Source of the DNA: an uncultured delta proteobacterium
Lineage (GTDB): Bacteria > Desulfobacterota > Binatia > Binatales > Binataceae
Assembly (NCBI GenBank): GCA_963794325.1
Contig: CAWCDG010000002.1
Location: forward strand, 480,001-544,000
Length of the DNA stretch: 64,000 nt
Direction of reading: 5' to 3'
The translations under genes were made by a program, and so were the position numbers. The notes beneath the pieces are model-generated. The model saw nothing but the letters and a program-made list of their open reading frames with translations. It was not told the origin of the DNA and searched no databases. How positions within the stretch are numbered: the stretch's first letter is position 1; each line of letters starts with the position of its first letter. Below are positions 11,432 through 22,951 of this stretch, in pieces.

Positions 11432-12673
11432 ATGACGGATCGGGAACGCCAGGGTTGGATCATCGTCGCGAGTTTGTTCGTGGTGCTGGTGTTCATTTTC
11501 GGTTCCGGCTACAACACCGGCGGCCTGTTTTTTCCGCATTTGCTGAAACATTTCGGCTGGTCGCGCACGCAGCTTTCGACGCTGCAGGGCTTTGCGCTGC
11601 CGATTTCCGCGGGCGCTTGCGCTCCGCTGATTGGATGGCTGCTCGATCGGGTCGAGGCGCGGATCGTGATGGTGGCGGGCGCGATCATGACCGGCGTCTC
11701 GTTCCTCATCGCCAGCCGCGTCGATTCTTTCGGCCCGCTGTTCGGCGCCTACGTCCTGCTCGGTGTCGGCATCGGCGCATCGACGCTGCTGCCGTGCTCG
11801 CTGGTCATCGCCAATTGGTTCGGTGCGCGGCGCGGGCTGGCGATGGGCCTGGCGTTCGCGGGCACTTCGCTCGGCGGCGCTGCGATGACGATGGTCGGTA
11901 ACTTCGCGATCCAGCGCGACGGCTGGCGCGCGGGCTACGTCGCGCTGGCGATTCCGATGTTTCTGGTCGTTGTGCCGCTGATAATTTTCGTCGTAAGGAC
12001 GAGGCCGCCGCAGGCCGAGGGCATCACCGTCGCGCAAGCGAGCGCAGCCTTGCCCGGCTTCGAGCTGCGCGAGGCGTTCCGCTCGCGTTCGTTCTGGATG
12101 ATATCCGCGGCGCAATTTTTCTTCGCCGCGGTCGCGGCCGGCGCGGGGCTCCATCTGATCACCTACCTCACCGAACTTGGCTATACGCAATCCTTCGCGG
12201 CCGGGATGGCGAGCCTGGTGCTGGTGTTCGCCGCCTTCGGCAAGCTCGGGATGGGCCTGTTCGCGGATCGGGTGAGCGCAAGAATCGCGTTGACGTGCAA
12301 TTTTCTCCTCGCATGCGTCGGGATGCTCCTGATCTTCGGTGCCGCGCGCACCGCCGTGCTGATTCCATTCGTGCTGATTTTCGGTCTGTCGCTGGGCGCG
12401 CCGCTGGTGCTGGTCCCGATGCTGGTGGCGGAGTCGCTCGGACTAAAGCGCTTCGGCTCGATCGGCGGCATCGCCGGCATCTTCAATACACTCGGCGCCT
12501 TCGTCGGACCGGTCGGTGCCGGCAAGATCTACGATCTCACGGGCAGCTACGTGCTCTCATTCGAAGCGTTCGTCGTGATGTGCATCCTAGGCGCGGCAGT
12601 AACCTTCTCGTGCCGCAGCTTCGAATCCGAGCAAGCCCGCCAACCGTCCGCGCCTGTGCCAGCTACTGCGTAG
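11432..12673 (+). CDS. MFS transporter
   Basis: ~12 TM helices, GWLLDRVEAR motif A. Confidence 0.9.
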   Translation: MTDRERQGWIIVASLFVVLVFIFGSGYNTGGLFFPHLLKHFGWSRTQLSTLQGFALPISAGACAPLIGWLLDRVEARIVMVAGAIMTGVSFLIASRVDSFGPLFGAYVLLGVGIGASTLLPCSLVIANWFGARRGLAMGLAFAGTSLGGAAMTMVGNFAIQRDGWRAGYVALAIPMFLVVVPLIIFVVRTRPPQAEGITVAQASAALPGFELREAFRSRSFWMISAAQFFFAAVAAGAGLHLITYLTELGYTQSFAAGMASLVLVFAAFGKLGMGLFADRVSARIALTCNFLLACVGMLLIFGAARTAVLIPFVLIFGLSLGAPLVLVPMLVAESLGLKRFGSIGGIAGIFNTLGAFVGPVGAGKIYDLTGSYVLSFEAFVVMCILGAAVTFSCRSFESEQARQPSAPVPATA

Positions 12674-12695
12674 ATCGCTCTGCACCGTATCGTTT

Positions 12696-13199
12696 CTAAG
12701 CGGGCCGTTTGAAGAACAGGCGGAACAGATTGCCTTTGCCCATCGCGCGTTCGATTTCCTGCATCGCAAGGTAGATGAAGACGACGATGCTGATCAGGAG
12801 CACCAGACCCATGAAATGGTCGACGCTGGCGTTGGCCATCAATCGGGAAACTGCTTCTCCGAGACTGCCGGCCTTGCGATAAGCCTCGAAGATTTTCTCG
12901 CCTATCCCCAACACGATGACGACCAGCGCATAGACGAAAGTCTTGAAGGCGACCACCACGATGCGGCGATGCGTGTTATCAGGACCGCGCCCGGCTTCCG
13001 CCCAGTCCAGCAGCGCGATCACTTTGCCGAGGATCAGTGCCGCGATTGCCGCCTTGGTGAACGCGGAGAACTCGATCGAGTACTGCGCGACGAACAGCTT
13101 GAACATGACGGCGATCAGCAGGAGCGCGATGAAGAAGAACAGGACCACCGGCGCCATCTCGCGGATCAGGCCGACGAAGAATTGTTTGACCGATTGCAC
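12696..13199 (-). CDS. Hypothetical membrane protein
   Basis: 167 aa, about four hydrophobic segments. Confidence 0.75.
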   Translation of the reverse strand: MQSVKQFFVGLIREMAPVVLFFFIALLLIAVMFKLFVAQYSIEFSAFTKAAIAALILGKVIALLDWAEAGRGPDNTHRRIVVVAFKTFVYALVVIVLGIGEKIFEAYRKAGSLGEAVSRLMANASVDHFMGLVLLISIVVFIYLAMQEIERAMGKGNLFRLFFKRPA

Positions 13200-13262
13200 T
13201 GTAACTCCCGCGATTGGTGCATAGAGGCTACGAACAGATCTGAATGAGCTGGTTGAGTAGCT

Positions 13263-13991
13263 TTATCGCTTTGCCGAGAGCTTCGCGATCTCTTCCGCGA
13301 GGATCGGCACGCCCAAGTTGCATGCCTGAACTCCCTGCGCGACGCACAACTTCAGCACCTCCATGATCTCTTCCATAGTCGCGCCGAGCTTTAGCGCAGC
13401 CTTAATGTGACGGTGCGTGCCGGGCGCGTACATGTGCGTGAAGGATGCGTCGCAGGCGATGCTGAGGAGCTCGATCTCCTTTGGAGGGAGCGCGGCGCTC
13501 TTATACATCGGGATCGCGGTCGCAAAAAACTCATCGGTCCACACCGGATCAAGCTCGAAGAATGGATCCCATGCCGTATTCCACTGTCCAATCGCGCGCA
13601 TCGCGTCGCAGGCTGGCGTAGCGGCAGTCGCTTTCGGCGTCGGCGTTACACCCGCCGCCTTAGCTTCCTCGAGGAGTATAGGCGCGCCCAGGCTGCACGA
13701 ATGGATCGCCATAAGAGAACCCGCCTTAAGAACGAACAAAATTTCGTCGCGGGTGGCACCAGCCTGAAGTGCGGCGCGAATGTGCCGGCGAGTGCCGTCA
13801 GGATTTAGATTGGTGCACGCTGCATTTATCGCGAGGCTGATCAACTCGGATGTCTTGCGCGGCAAAACGCCGGAGTTCCACGGATTGGTGGTCATTTTCG
13901 CGCAAGCGTCGGCCCACGCAGGGTCCCATTCGCGGATTTGTGCCAGCGCCGCGTCCCACGGCCCCGTTTCCCGCATTTGGTCTCTAGTCAT
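13263..13991 (-). CDS. Carboxymuconolactone decarboxylase (AhpD-like) family, tandem domains
   Basis: Two copies of LP.K..EL.S.A..A...H...G...HI.AAL..GAT.DEI; GGAGGAG RBS. Confidence 0.85.
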   Translation of the reverse strand: MTRDQMRETGPWDAALAQIREWDPAWADACAKMTTNPWNSGVLPRKTSELISLAINAACTNLNPDGTRRHIRAALQAGATRDEILFVLKAGSLMAIHSCSLGAPILLEEAKAAGVTPTPKATAATPACDAMRAIGQWNTAWDPFFELDPVWTDEFFATAIPMYKSAALPPKEIELLSIACDASFTHMYAPGTHRHIKAALKLGATMEEIMEVLKLCVAQGVQACNLGVPILAEEIAKLSAKR

Positions 13992-14235
13992 TTGTGGTCT
14001 CCTCCCAGCTAATTCCGAAAGATCTTCGTGCTCGATGATTCGCGATGGCGAGCCTGCCAAACCGCGCAACCCCTTCGGCAGGGGCGTTCGACGACATCAC
14101 CGGCACGTGCGCTGCCGATCGAGGTCGTCGACCCCGGCTGCCAACCGCTGCCCTGCCCAGAGCTTCATTGCTTTCTCACCTCGGCATACCCACGATCATC
14201 ATGACGACCGCCTCACTCCGGATTCGTACCCGACG

Positions 14236-15354
14236 TTACAGAATGTGCGTCGGACTCGATGGTCCAGCCGGTGCCGCCTTGGGGACCCGCCCCTCGCTGT
14301 CGTACACGAGGAAACCCTTCTGGCCGTCGGTCCGGCTGGGCGGCAACCCGAGGTTGAAGAGCGTCTCCTCGACGGTTTTGTACCAAGTCCCGATCTTCAT
14401 GATCCGGCGCGCGTCTTCAGGGCTCGCGATCTCACGGCCAAGCTCGCGTGCGATCCGCACGTTCTTCTCGATCATCTGCACGGATGTGATGCGCTTGCCG
14501 CCCTTCTTCGCGTCCCAGAGGTTCTCCTCGATGCCGGCGCGGGTGTGTTGCCCCAGTGTGATCATGAAGGAGGCGAGCGGCCAGCTGTACCGAAACATCG
14601 TCTGATAGGTCCACACCGAACCATGGGGCGTGCGGCGGATCAGATCCATCCAGTCGATGGGATTGGCGCCTGCACAACCCCCGCCGACCATGCTGAAGAA
14701 CCCGTTCACCGGCCCCATGTAGACACCCTGGCGGATGAGACGCTCTACGATCGCTAGTTGGTAGATCGAGGCGAGCGCGAAATAGGGCTGGATCGCGCTC
14801 TTCCTCAGGCGCCTCAGGTGCTCGATATAGAACTCCGGAGTCGAGTCCGCGACCATCTGGGCGTATTGCCACATGGCCTTGGGATTCGCGATGTGAGTCC
14901 CTTCGACGTCTTCCAAGGTAGTGAGTGGCGTCATGTCATACAGTGACGAGCCAATGGCGACCGTTACCTGATCCGGCTTCGGATCGATCTCGGTGAGCAT
15001 GTGCCGGGTGTCGTAGCTCTGCCAGTGCGCAGCCTCGTTGCCCTCCGGGGCAAACGAGATCGAGCCGCCGATTTGCAGGATCATCTTGGGCACGGCCGCG
15101 CGCAGACGCCCGATCTGATCGCTGTACTGCTTGAAGTTCTTCGAGATGTGGCCGGTCTCCGGATCCCGGACGTGGACGTGCAGCACGGTGGCGCCCGCGT
15201 TGTAGCAATCGACCGCCTTCTGAACCTGGGCATCCCAGCTGACCGGAATGTCCTCGGGGTAGTCGGCCGGCATCCAGACCGGCCCATACGGAGCGGCAGT
15301 GATGATCAGCGGTTCCTGATTCTCCGGCAGCAACGAATCGTCGGTGAAATACAT
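14236..15354 (-). CDS. Beta-keto acid cleavage enzyme (BKACE/DUF849)
   Basis: IITAAPYGP, GATVLHVHVRD, HTRAGIEENL, REIASPEDARRIM. Confidence 0.9.
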   Translation of the reverse strand: MYFTDDSLLPENQEPLIITAAPYGPVWMPADYPEDIPVSWDAQVQKAVDCYNAGATVLHVHVRDPETGHISKNFKQYSDQIGRLRAAVPKMILQIGGSISFAPEGNEAAHWQSYDTRHMLTEIDPKPDQVTVAIGSSLYDMTPLTTLEDVEGTHIANPKAMWQYAQMVADSTPEFYIEHLRRLRKSAIQPYFALASIYQLAIVERLIRQGVYMGPVNGFFSMVGGGCAGANPIDWMDLIRRTPHGSVWTYQTMFRYSWPLASFMITLGQHTRAGIEENLWDAKKGGKRITSVQMIEKNVRIARELGREIASPEDARRIMKIGTWYKTVEETLFNLGLPPSRTDGQKGFLVYDSEGRVPKAAPAGPSSPTHIL

Positions 15355-15410
15355 AAAATGATCTCCTCTTTGAGTTCTTTCCTGAACCGATACTCCGGCA
15401 CGTCTATTAT

Positions 15411-15430
15411 GCCTATTGTACTTTGGTGCA
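15411..15430. promoter_or_regulatory. Palindromic motif overlapping a TACAAT -10 of the minus-strand BKACE gene
   Basis: GCCTATTGTACTTTGGTGCA; near copy at 22881-22899. Confidence 0.5.
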
Positions 15431-15462
15431 ACCCCTTGAATTGATTCAGTTCGGAACCGGAC

Positions 15463-16082
15463 TCATCCGCACGCGAGCGTGAGGATCGAGCGGACTTTGG
15501 CTGCGAGGTCGGGGGCGTTTACTACGTCGGTGATGATTGCGACGGCGTCGGCGCCGGCGGCGAGGACTTCCGGGATGCGGGATTCGGTGATGCCGCCGAT
15601 TGCCACGATTGGAATCTTTACCGCGGCACGGATTGCGCGAAGCTTGTCGAGGCCGACGCCGGAGGGGTTGTTCCGCAGGCCGCCGGGGTAGATCGGGCCG
15701 AATCCGATGTAGTCCGCGCCGCCATCTTCAGCCTCGCGCGCTTGCTCGAGATTGTGGGTGGAGATTCCGATAGTCATGTTTTCGTTGGAAGTCAGGATTC
15801 GTCTTGCCGCATCAAGCGGAAGATCGGTCTGGCCGAGATGGACGCCGTGCGCATTGCTGAGAATCGCGATGTCGACGCGATCGTTGACGATGAGAGTGGC
15901 GCCGCGCTTGCGGCACATCTCGGCAATCGTGCGTGCGGCTGCCAGAAAATCACGGCCTTCTACGTCCTTCAGACGCAGCTGCATGATTCGTGCGCCGGCT
16001 TCGAGCAGGGTTTCGGCGAGTGCGACGGGCTCATGTCCGCCGGCGGGATCGACCATCGCGTAGAAGTGCGAGGGGAGTCGCG

Positions 16083-16086
<4 letters not shown>
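15463..16086 (-). CDS. thiE: Thiamine phosphate synthase
   Basis: QLRLK, LIVNDRVDIA, GVHLGQTD, STH, PIVAIGGI. Confidence 0.95.
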
Positions 16087-17606
<1,520 letters not shown>

Positions 17607-17760
17607 GGGCTACAATCGTAACAGTAAGTTCGATCTTGTCGCCAACGGGCTGAGAGCCGCCCAAAATATATGCATCGGGCCGGTGTTGCGAGTGGGTGCG
17701 CTGTAATTTTGACTCGCTCGATCCGCTGGAAAAGATGGGAATACGCCGACCGTGGCAGGA

Positions 17761-18603
17761 TTAGCGACCTGAGGGGAAGAGGGACGTCATGCTCACGCGG
17801 AGTACCCATTGCGGTGCGCCATCAGGTCGCTTCAGAAGATCGTATGCGCCAACCTGCATGCTCAAACTTTGGGAGCCCATCTTGAACGCCTTGCCGATAT
17901 CCGCGCCCATCGGAATTGTCCACGCGTTGGCGGTATCAGCGGTCCAATCGAAGGTCATCTGCGGATCGACGTCGGCGTACCATCCGCTCTCTAAGTTGTA
18001 GCTGATCATAGGCTCGATGTAAGTCTGATTGACGCTCCCGCGATCGCGATTTCCGGCAAACGACATCAGTTGGTATGTGAGTATGGCGTTGAGCCACGGG
18101 CCTTCGGAGTACACCAGCGCCGCAGTTGGTCCTGCCGACCAGCGGCCGCTTCCCAATTCCGAGCTGCTGGCGGTGGGGAATTGAAACATCGGACCCGCGC
18201 CCCAGATCCAGGTGGACTCTTTGTGCGGCGTTAGAAAGAAAGAAGCCTGAAAGTCTTCCAGCCCGGATTGTTCATGCGGAGTGGGGGCGTAAGCGACGGT
18301 AATACTCGGTCGTGCAATCAGGTCCCAATCTGCATTCAGCGAGAACGGCACTACGGGCTCGATGTTCACGGCGTCGCCGACTTTGTGATCCCGGCCCAGT
18401 TGAAATCCGGTCGTGGATTGAATGGGGACTTTGACGAAATCCTCGAACGGATTGTGGACGGCGATTGCCAGCTGCTGATCGCTCAGGGCGCTGGGCGACG
18501 GTGCAGGCGTTGAGGCTTGTTGCGCTTGCGCCGACGCGGCCAGAAAGGCGGTCAGCAGCAAAACAAGGAACGAAGCGGGCGGCAGGGATTGCAAACGCAG
18601 CAC
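17761..18603 (-). CDS. Putative outer-membrane beta-barrel protein
   Basis: Signal peptide; IEPVVPF, WGAGPMFQFPTA, WSAGPTA, WTIPMG. Confidence 0.7.
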   Translation of the reverse strand: MLRLQSLPPASFLVLLLTAFLAASAQAQQASTPAPSPSALSDQQLAIAVHNPFEDFVKVPIQSTTGFQLGRDHKVGDAVNIEPVVPFSLNADWDLIARPSITVAYAPTPHEQSGLEDFQASFFLTPHKESTWIWGAGPMFQFPTASSSELGSGRWSAGPTAALVYSEGPWLNAILTYQLMSFAGNRDRGSVNQTYIEPMISYNLESGWYADVDPQMTFDWTADTANAWTIPMGADIGKAFKMGSQSLSMQVGAYDLLKRPDGAPQWVLRVSMTSLFPSGR

Positions 18604-18618
18604 TCCAAGTTGCTCGGA

Positions 18619-19734
18619 CTAAGGGGTTCCGAACCACTTGTCGTAGATCTGCTGATAGGTGCCGTTCTCGCGAAGCGCGATCAACGCGAGATTGATCTTT
18701 CGGCGGAGCGGACTCTCCAGCTGCACCATAATGGCGGCAGGCGCAGTATTAAATTCGGGACCGACCGTCTTGACCCGGCCCTTTCCGTCATGGGCCGCAT
18801 AGTAAAGGAGTAATGGCGCCGCCGTGACGACAGCATCCACTTTCTTGTCGAGGAGAGCTTTAAACATTTGATCAGTGGTCGCGAACTCCTCAATTTGTGC
18901 GTTCTGCGCCCGAAGATAATCGGCAGCGGTACTATGCGCTAGAGTGGCGACTTGCTTACCGGGCAAATCGCTCGGCCCTTCGATAGCGCCGCGAATCTGC
19001 TCGACGGTCAAGGCCGTCGTCAGCTGCGCAGTATAGAGCGCAACGAAAACCACACCGACAAACATCCAGAAGATTGAGAGCGCGCGAGCCAACCATTCAT
19101 GCGGCATTGTCTGCGCCTGTGACGTCAGCGACGCTATGCCCCAATAAATTACCTCGAAGATCCCTGGGAAGTAGTTCCGGTTCGAAAGCATGCTGTCCGA
19201 GTCCCGCCGATCAAGGAACCAGATCACATGAGCCGGGATCAGGACGATCAGCAGAGCCATGCCGAGCCACAATACGGTCGTTCGCGAAAACAGCAAACGG
19301 AGCAGGTCCGACAAGGGGTTTGTGGTCTGCGCTTTTTCGCCCGAATCGCGCACCAAAATTTGCAAGCCCGCTTGCAGGGTTGGGATCGAAAAATCGAAGT
19401 CCTGGTCGCGCGCCGAGGTTATAAAGAGGCCGAGGGTGAGGTCGGCGCTCTTGGATCGCATCGCTTCTTCCAGCGCGCTCACATCAGGCACGACCAGATA
19501 ACGCGTCTTTACCTTCAGCCGTACGGCAATCGCGTTCCAAAGATCCACGCTGAATCCGGTCAGGGTGCCGTTCTGTTCCATAATGCTCGGTGGAGCAATG
19601 AACGCGACCACACGAAGCTCCGGGGTTTCGACCGGCGCAGATGCGCCCGCGGGCGCGGCGGTCTGTGCATACGAAGAAGCAGCGATTGCGGCGCCAATCA
19701 TCGCGACCGCTAGAATACGAAGACCTTTCCTCAA
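18619..19734 (-). CDS. GluR0-like ligand-gated channel (split SBP plus TM-pore-TM)
   Basis: GFSVDLW, ITSARD..FDFSIP, TM1, pore helix IYWG, TM2 YTAQLTTALT, GTYQQIYDKWFG; TTG start inferred from RBS. Confidence 0.85.
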   Translation of the reverse strand: MRKGLRILAVAMIGAAIAASSYAQTAAPAGASAPVETPELRVVAFIAPPSIMEQNGTLTGFSVDLWNAIAVRLKVKTRYLVVPDVSALEEAMRSKSADLTLGLFITSARDQDFDFSIPTLQAGLQILVRDSGEKAQTTNPLSDLLRLLFSRTTVLWLGMALLIVLIPAHVIWFLDRRDSDSMLSNRNYFPGIFEVIYWGIASLTSQAQTMPHEWLARALSIFWMFVGVVFVALYTAQLTTALTVEQIRGAIEGPSDLPGKQVATLAHSTAADYLRAQNAQIEEFATTDQMFKALLDKKVDAVVTAAPLLLYYAAHDGKGRVKTVGPEFNTAPAAIMVQLESPLRRKINLALIALRENGTYQQIYDKWFGTP

Positions 19735-19763
19735 CGACTCCCCTCCCTGATCCGCCGAACGCC

Positions 19764-20315
19764 CTACACGTGATGCTTGATTTCGACCTGTGAGCTCTCG
19801 CGATATCTGTGCAACTTTTTTGACGCACGCCCGGATCGCCATTTCTGCGTTCGGTTCGCGAGTGCGCGTGACGAGGCATAAGGGAAGGCGATCAGTACCG
19901 GTCCTACCACCAGGGCTGCCGCGGGGTGGACCATTCGAAAAATCAGAAATTGCGAGATGACGTCGAGAATAATCGCAACTGCCAGAAGGTCACCTACCGA
20001 TGCCAGAGCGCTTCGCATCAGTCTTGGGCGATCAGCGTTGCGAAAAAGCAGATTCCGCAGGAACGGTGGTCGGTCCGCGCGGGCGTCTTTGATGCCGTCG
20101 CGCGCACCCAGCATGATCGCGACCAAAGGTTGAAGGATGAATCGCAGCCGGCCCGGTCCATGGAGGCGCGCGACAAGGTCATCTATGAAGCGCGTCGAGA
20201 GCAGGTAGAGTTCGCCGGTCCTAAAAAATTCGGCGATAGCGAGCGGCGTCGCGACAACCAGCAACGCGATTACGAGCGCCGTAAGCAGTGTGCTGCGAGA
20301 GATGGAAGTCCTCAA
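19764..20315 (-). CDS. Hypothetical membrane protein
   Basis: RLHGPGRLRFILQPLVAIMLGARDG and TM segments; start uncertain. Confidence 0.7.
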   Translation of the reverse strand: MRTSISRSTLLTALVIALLVVATPLAIAEFFRTGELYLLSTRFIDDLVARLHGPGRLRFILQPLVAIMLGARDGIKDARADRPPFLRNLLFRNADRPRLMRSALASVGDLLAVAIILDVISQFLIFRMVHPAAALVVGPVLIAFPYASSRALANRTQKWRSGRASKKLHRYRESSQVEIKHHV

Positions 20316-20323
20316 AGGGGAAC

Positions 20324-21343
20324 CTACCGAGTGAAATAATCTCTGAACTGCGGGAACGCGACCGTTAGACCGAAATTGATCGTTGTCTGCGGCGCGATCG
20401 GAGCGAATTGCCGATACGCCATCCACGATCCCGTCACAAAGATACTCATCGGTGGCAGCCCCGGACGCACAATCGTTCGTCCGAGCCCGATGCTCAGCGG
20501 CAAAGTCGTGGGGTAGTGACGACGCCAACCCATCATCCAGGTAGACTCGGCGGATCGCAGGTACCATTTGTCCCACAGATGGAGCGCGAAAACGGGTTGG
20601 AATTCAAAAGTGTTTTGAGGCGGGCGGTGAGGATTCGTGTACGCGAAGGAGATCGGGTTCTGCGCGACGAAACCGATCAGCAATCCAGGAATACCAGTGT
20701 AAATTGCGCCGAGTGCCGGACCTGCCTGCCACGCGCCCTCTCCAGCGCTCTTGGAAGTTGCGGTGGGAAATACGAAGGTTGGCCCGACACCGATCAGAAG
20801 GCCGGTTTTCTGCCTGTCTGGCCACGGCAAAACTGCTACATCGAAGACTGGCAGGTCGCCGAACTCGGTCCGTGTTCCACCCCGCGAGCTTTGTACTGTT
20901 ACCATTTGAAAGGTCGGCCGGATCAGCTGCGAAAAAGGCAGCAAGGACGCAGGAGGTATGCGCGGGATCAAGGGCCGAAGGAGGAGTTGGTTGGTCTGGT
21001 AATCTCTGAGGCATACCTGGGACGTGCAAGGTCCAGGTCCATAGTTGGCCGGAGTATAGCTATCGCGGACGAGGAGCTGTGGCAGAGTCGAAAGCGGGTC
21101 GGTAAAGTCCCGTTCCAGTTTCTCCTCCTCAGTTAGGGGTTGAGTCTGGGCGTACCCCGCAATGGGCAGCGTCACAGCCCATAGTGCTACGAGCAGGATC
21201 GAGCACCATCCGGCAGTCCAAACTGTGAACCTAGGATTCAACAATCGCCTTAACCCGTTCCTCTCGGACCGCCCTGACGAACGCCCGGTAATCGCGCTGA
21301 TTCTGGTCGGCATACTCGGCTGCAAACTCTCCAATCGCGTCAT
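20324..21343 (-). CDS. Second putative beta-barrel protein, paralog of 17761-18603 (true start probably ~21240)
   Basis: GVGPTFVFPTA, GAWQAGPA, LPLSIGLG motifs shared with the paralog. Confidence 0.7.
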   Translation of the reverse strand: MTRLESLQPSMPTRISAITGRSSGRSERNGLRRLLNPRFTVWTAGWCSILLVALWAVTLPIAGYAQTQPLTEEEKLERDFTDPLSTLPQLLVRDSYTPANYGPGPCTSQVCLRDYQTNQLLLRPLIPRIPPASLLPFSQLIRPTFQMVTVQSSRGGTRTEFGDLPVFDVAVLPWPDRQKTGLLIGVGPTFVFPTATSKSAGEGAWQAGPALGAIYTGIPGLLIGFVAQNPISFAYTNPHRPPQNTFEFQPVFALHLWDKWYLRSAESTWMMGWRRHYPTTLPLSIGLGRTIVRPGLPPMSIFVTGSWMAYRQFAPIAPQTTINFGLTVAFPQFRDYFTR

Positions 21344-22694
21344 CGAACCTGTCGCTTGAACCCATGTAACCCGAAATCATGGCGGCATCGCCAGAGCGGG
21401 CATGCGCACGCGCGAGAGCCCACGCACACAATTTCGTGTATGTCCGTAACAGGTCGAAATCCCAGTCTTCGATGATTGCGCTGATCTTCATGTCGCGAAG
21501 TTGACGAAAGTAGAAATCGCGTCCGTTGAGTCCCCGCGCCCAGCCAAGAAAAATATCGCTCGCCGACTGCATCAGGCGCTGACCTACAACGACTCGCTGG
21601 CCGTGATTACGATGCAAGCTTTTGCCCGCGTACGGCTCCAACACCGATGCGTTTGCTTCCTTGGCTTGCAGAAAAAGCGGATCGTCGTCCGCTGCCAGGA
21701 AAAGTCCGATGCCGCAGAAGGTGCCGACGCTACCCACACCGACGGCCTTGATTGCCAGGTCACAAAAGTGGAAGCGGTCGAACAACACACGGACATGCTC
21801 GGCCAGCGACTCGCGGTAGGCCGCGAGCCCCTCGTGATATCGGGTTTTGAGTCCCGGCGCCAGTTTTGCTGTGGGGTGGTATATTAGAGGTGGGTTGTCC
21901 TTTATGCGGGGCAAGGCACCATGATGTTCCACCATCTTCGGGTAGTCGTGCTCAGTGATGGTTCGACTGCGCGTCTTTTCGACTCGCTCTTCGGCCCGTT
22001 CGCGTGCCTCTTCGCTCGGCATTTCCTTGATGACGCGTTCGATGTCGATCCGGTCGTACCAAACTTCAAGCGCCCGCATCGATGCATAGTCAGCGATGTG
22101 CTCCCGGTAGGCCTTGGCTGTGGCAATCGCAGCCCGCGCCGATTCGTTGTCGGACAGCCGGAGATGACGCCCCGCGACGACCACGCTCGCGGCCAAACGT
22201 TTGAGGTCCCATTCCCAAGGGGCGGGAAGAGTCTCGTCGAAGTCGTTGATGTCGAAGATTATGTTGCGCTCGGGCGTGGCGAAACCGCCGAAGTTCATCA
22301 GATGGGCGTCGCCGCAGGCCTGCACCCTGAGTCCGGAGCACGGCGTGCGTGCCAGGTCGGCGGCCATCTGCGCGGCGGAACCGCGAAAAAAAGCGAAGGG
22401 CGATGACACCATCCGTCCGTAACGGATCGGAAGAAGTTCAGGCAGCCTGTTCTCTTCGGTTGCGAGCAGCAGCTCAACCGGATCGCGACGATCTTTCGGC
22501 GGTTTCCATCCTGCGTGGGCCTCGCGCGGCACGTTCTCGCGCAATGCTTTGCCTTCGGCGCGACGCTCTGACGCGGTGCGATACTGATCTTCGGCGTGAG
22601 AGCGCGACGATATCGCGGTCGGCTTCTCTCCCGCACTAGATTTTCTGTCAGCGCGTCCTACGAGACGCACATTGGGTTTCCGTACTCCGTCCAT
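21231..22694 (-). CDS. DUF2252 family (kinase-like) protein
   Basis: RYGRMVSSPFAFFRG, CGDAHLMNFG, DINDFDET, GVGSVGT, LARAHARSGD. Confidence 0.9.
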   Translation of the reverse strand: MDGVRKPNVRLVGRADRKSSAGEKPTAISSRSHAEDQYRTASERRAEGKALRENVPREAHAGWKPPKDRRDPVELLLATEENRLPELLPIRYGRMVSSPFAFFRGSAAQMAADLARTPCSGLRVQACGDAHLMNFGGFATPERNIIFDINDFDETLPAPWEWDLKRLAASVVVAGRHLRLSDNESARAAIATAKAYREHIADYASMRALEVWYDRIDIERVIKEMPSEEARERAEERVEKTRSRTITEHDYPKMVEHHGALPRIKDNPPLIYHPTAKLAPGLKTRYHEGLAAYRESLAEHVRVLFDRFHFCDLAIKAVGVGSVGTFCGIGLFLAADDDPLFLQAKEANASVLEPYAGKSLHRNHGQRVVVGQRLMQSASDIFLGWARGLNGRDFYFRQLRDMKISAIIEDWDFDLLRTYTKLCAWALARAHARSGDAAMISGYMGSSDRFDDAIGEFAAEYADQNQRDYRAFVRAVREERVKAIVES

Positions 22695-22880
22695 GACTCG
22701 ATCTCCTCCTGAGCGGTCACATAGCATCAAACATGCCCTGGAGAACCGGTTTCAGGGGATTCGGTTTTTTCCGGATTGTGTAACCTTTGGATACAGACCA
22801 CCGCGCTCAATCGGACACACTCTTCGATCAACGCTCGCGGTCTTTTCAAAGCAAATTTTGACTAATTTCGATCCGGGTCC

Positions 22881-22899
22881 GCCATTGTACTTTGGTACA
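22881..22899. promoter_or_regulatory. Palindrome TGTAC-N4-GTACA overlapping a minus-strand TACAAT -10
   Basis: GCCATTGTACTTTGGTACA; near copy at 15411-15430. Confidence 0.5.
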
Positions 22900-22951
22900 G
22901 GTCGAGCGCCTTTACGGGAGTATTCTTCGTCGGGGCGGAGCGGCAAGTCTT

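Noticed and set aside
14150-14205. Possible alanine dehydrogenase N-terminal remnant (MMIVGMPR) on the minus strand
   Set aside because: Too short to support
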